Source: a virus
Taxonomy: Duplodnaviria > Caudoviricetes
Direction: 5' to 3' (one strand)
DNA length: 64,000 bases
Virus record (IMG/VR): IMGVR_UViG_2565956520_000001
The notes below the pieces were generated by a model that did not search any database, was not told the origin of the DNA, and saw only the letters and a list, made by a program, of their open reading frames with translations. A program made the translations under genes and the position numbers. Each line of letters begins with the position of its first letter. The stretch's first letter is position 1. Below are positions 63,701 through 64,000 of the stretch, one piece after another.

Positions 63701-64000
63701 CTAAGCCTCCCGAATTTCGAGCAACAGATCCCGGCCATAGGTAGCGGCCAGAAATTTGCGAAAAGTGTTTTTGGAATTACCGACAGCGAGCTGGCCCCAG
63801 ATCTGACAAACCACTGAGCCTAAAAGCACACAACCCTTAGAATGAGATTTGAAGCCCTTAGATTTTTCACCTGCAACATTGCCCCAGTGAACCTGCACCG
63901 CTGAGCGATCAGGCACACGGACAAACTGGTAAACATAGCTTTTCCAGTGATCTGACCAACGAAGGATGAGTTTATAAATACCGATTGGAATGCAGGAAAT
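63701..64000 (-). CDS. DUF5675-family putative endolysin, 5'-truncated by the window edge
   Basis: Frame open to the edge: ISCIPIGIY..VPDRS.V.VHWGN..SKGCVLLG. Confidence 0.75.
   Translation of the reverse strand: MSCIPIGIYKLILRWSDHWKSYVYQFVRVPDRSAVQVHWGNVAGEKSKGFKSHSKGCVLLGSVVCQIWGQLAVGNSKNTFRKFLAATYGRDLLLEIREA

Larger units (their letters stand above)
25877..64000. mobile_element. Right prophage (partial): podovirus-like with N4-gp56-type capsid, integrase, ParA partition pair and defence island
   Basis: Second integrase directly right of att, followed by regulators, cargo, ejection/tail proteins, capsid, portal and endolysin. Confidence 0.92.

Noticed and set aside
1-64000. IS elements, rRNA, introns/inteins and most short alternative-frame ORFs in the track
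   Set aside because: No transposase, rRNA or splicing motifs seen; the remaining ORFs are shadows of better-supported genes

Overview
The window contains no recognisable host housekeeping genes. It holds parts of two unrelated prophages integrated in tandem, separated by a 49-bp 3' fragment of a tRNA-Arg(CCG) (att site, 25877-25925, minus strand) with a tyrosine integrase on each side. LEFT PROPHAGE (1-~25925, cut by the window edge): lambda-type terminase and portal, a protease-capsid fusion, contractile-tail baseplate genes, a lysis cassette between head and tail genes, a P4/D5-type primase, and a cro/cI switch with three copies of a 23-bp palindromic operator. Its cargo is a HicA-HicB-SecB-like toxin-antitoxin-chaperone module in the lambda rexAB position, an 802-aa TPR moron, a membrane moron, and a Rha protein fused to a paralogue of the primase C-terminal domain. 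RIGHT PROPHAGE (~25877-64000, cut by the window edge): podovirus-like, with N4-gp56-type capsid, portal, ejection proteins and a 3500-aa polyvalent protein. It encodes an integrase and also a ParA plus ribbon-helix-helix partition pair. Its AT-rich defence island (30.9-37.9 kb) holds an ABC ATPase + TOPRIM pair, a membrane-anchored T5orf172 nuclease, a Hailong-like halA/halB pair with a third ORF, and two membrane proteins. The signals least explained by standard annotation are (i) five in-phase arrays of an 8-bp repeat (consensus about YTGACGTC) inside coding sequence of the partition gene and the giant gene, a candidate distributed centromere; (ii) a protein-like 143-codon ORF with its own strong RBS overprinted in the +1 frame of the giant gene; (iii) a duplicated 3' end of the giant gene at the edge of the defence island; and (iv) a premature TAA in a GNAT-like virion-module gene. 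All family assignments come from motifs recognised by eye; no searches were run and the host cannot be identified from this window.
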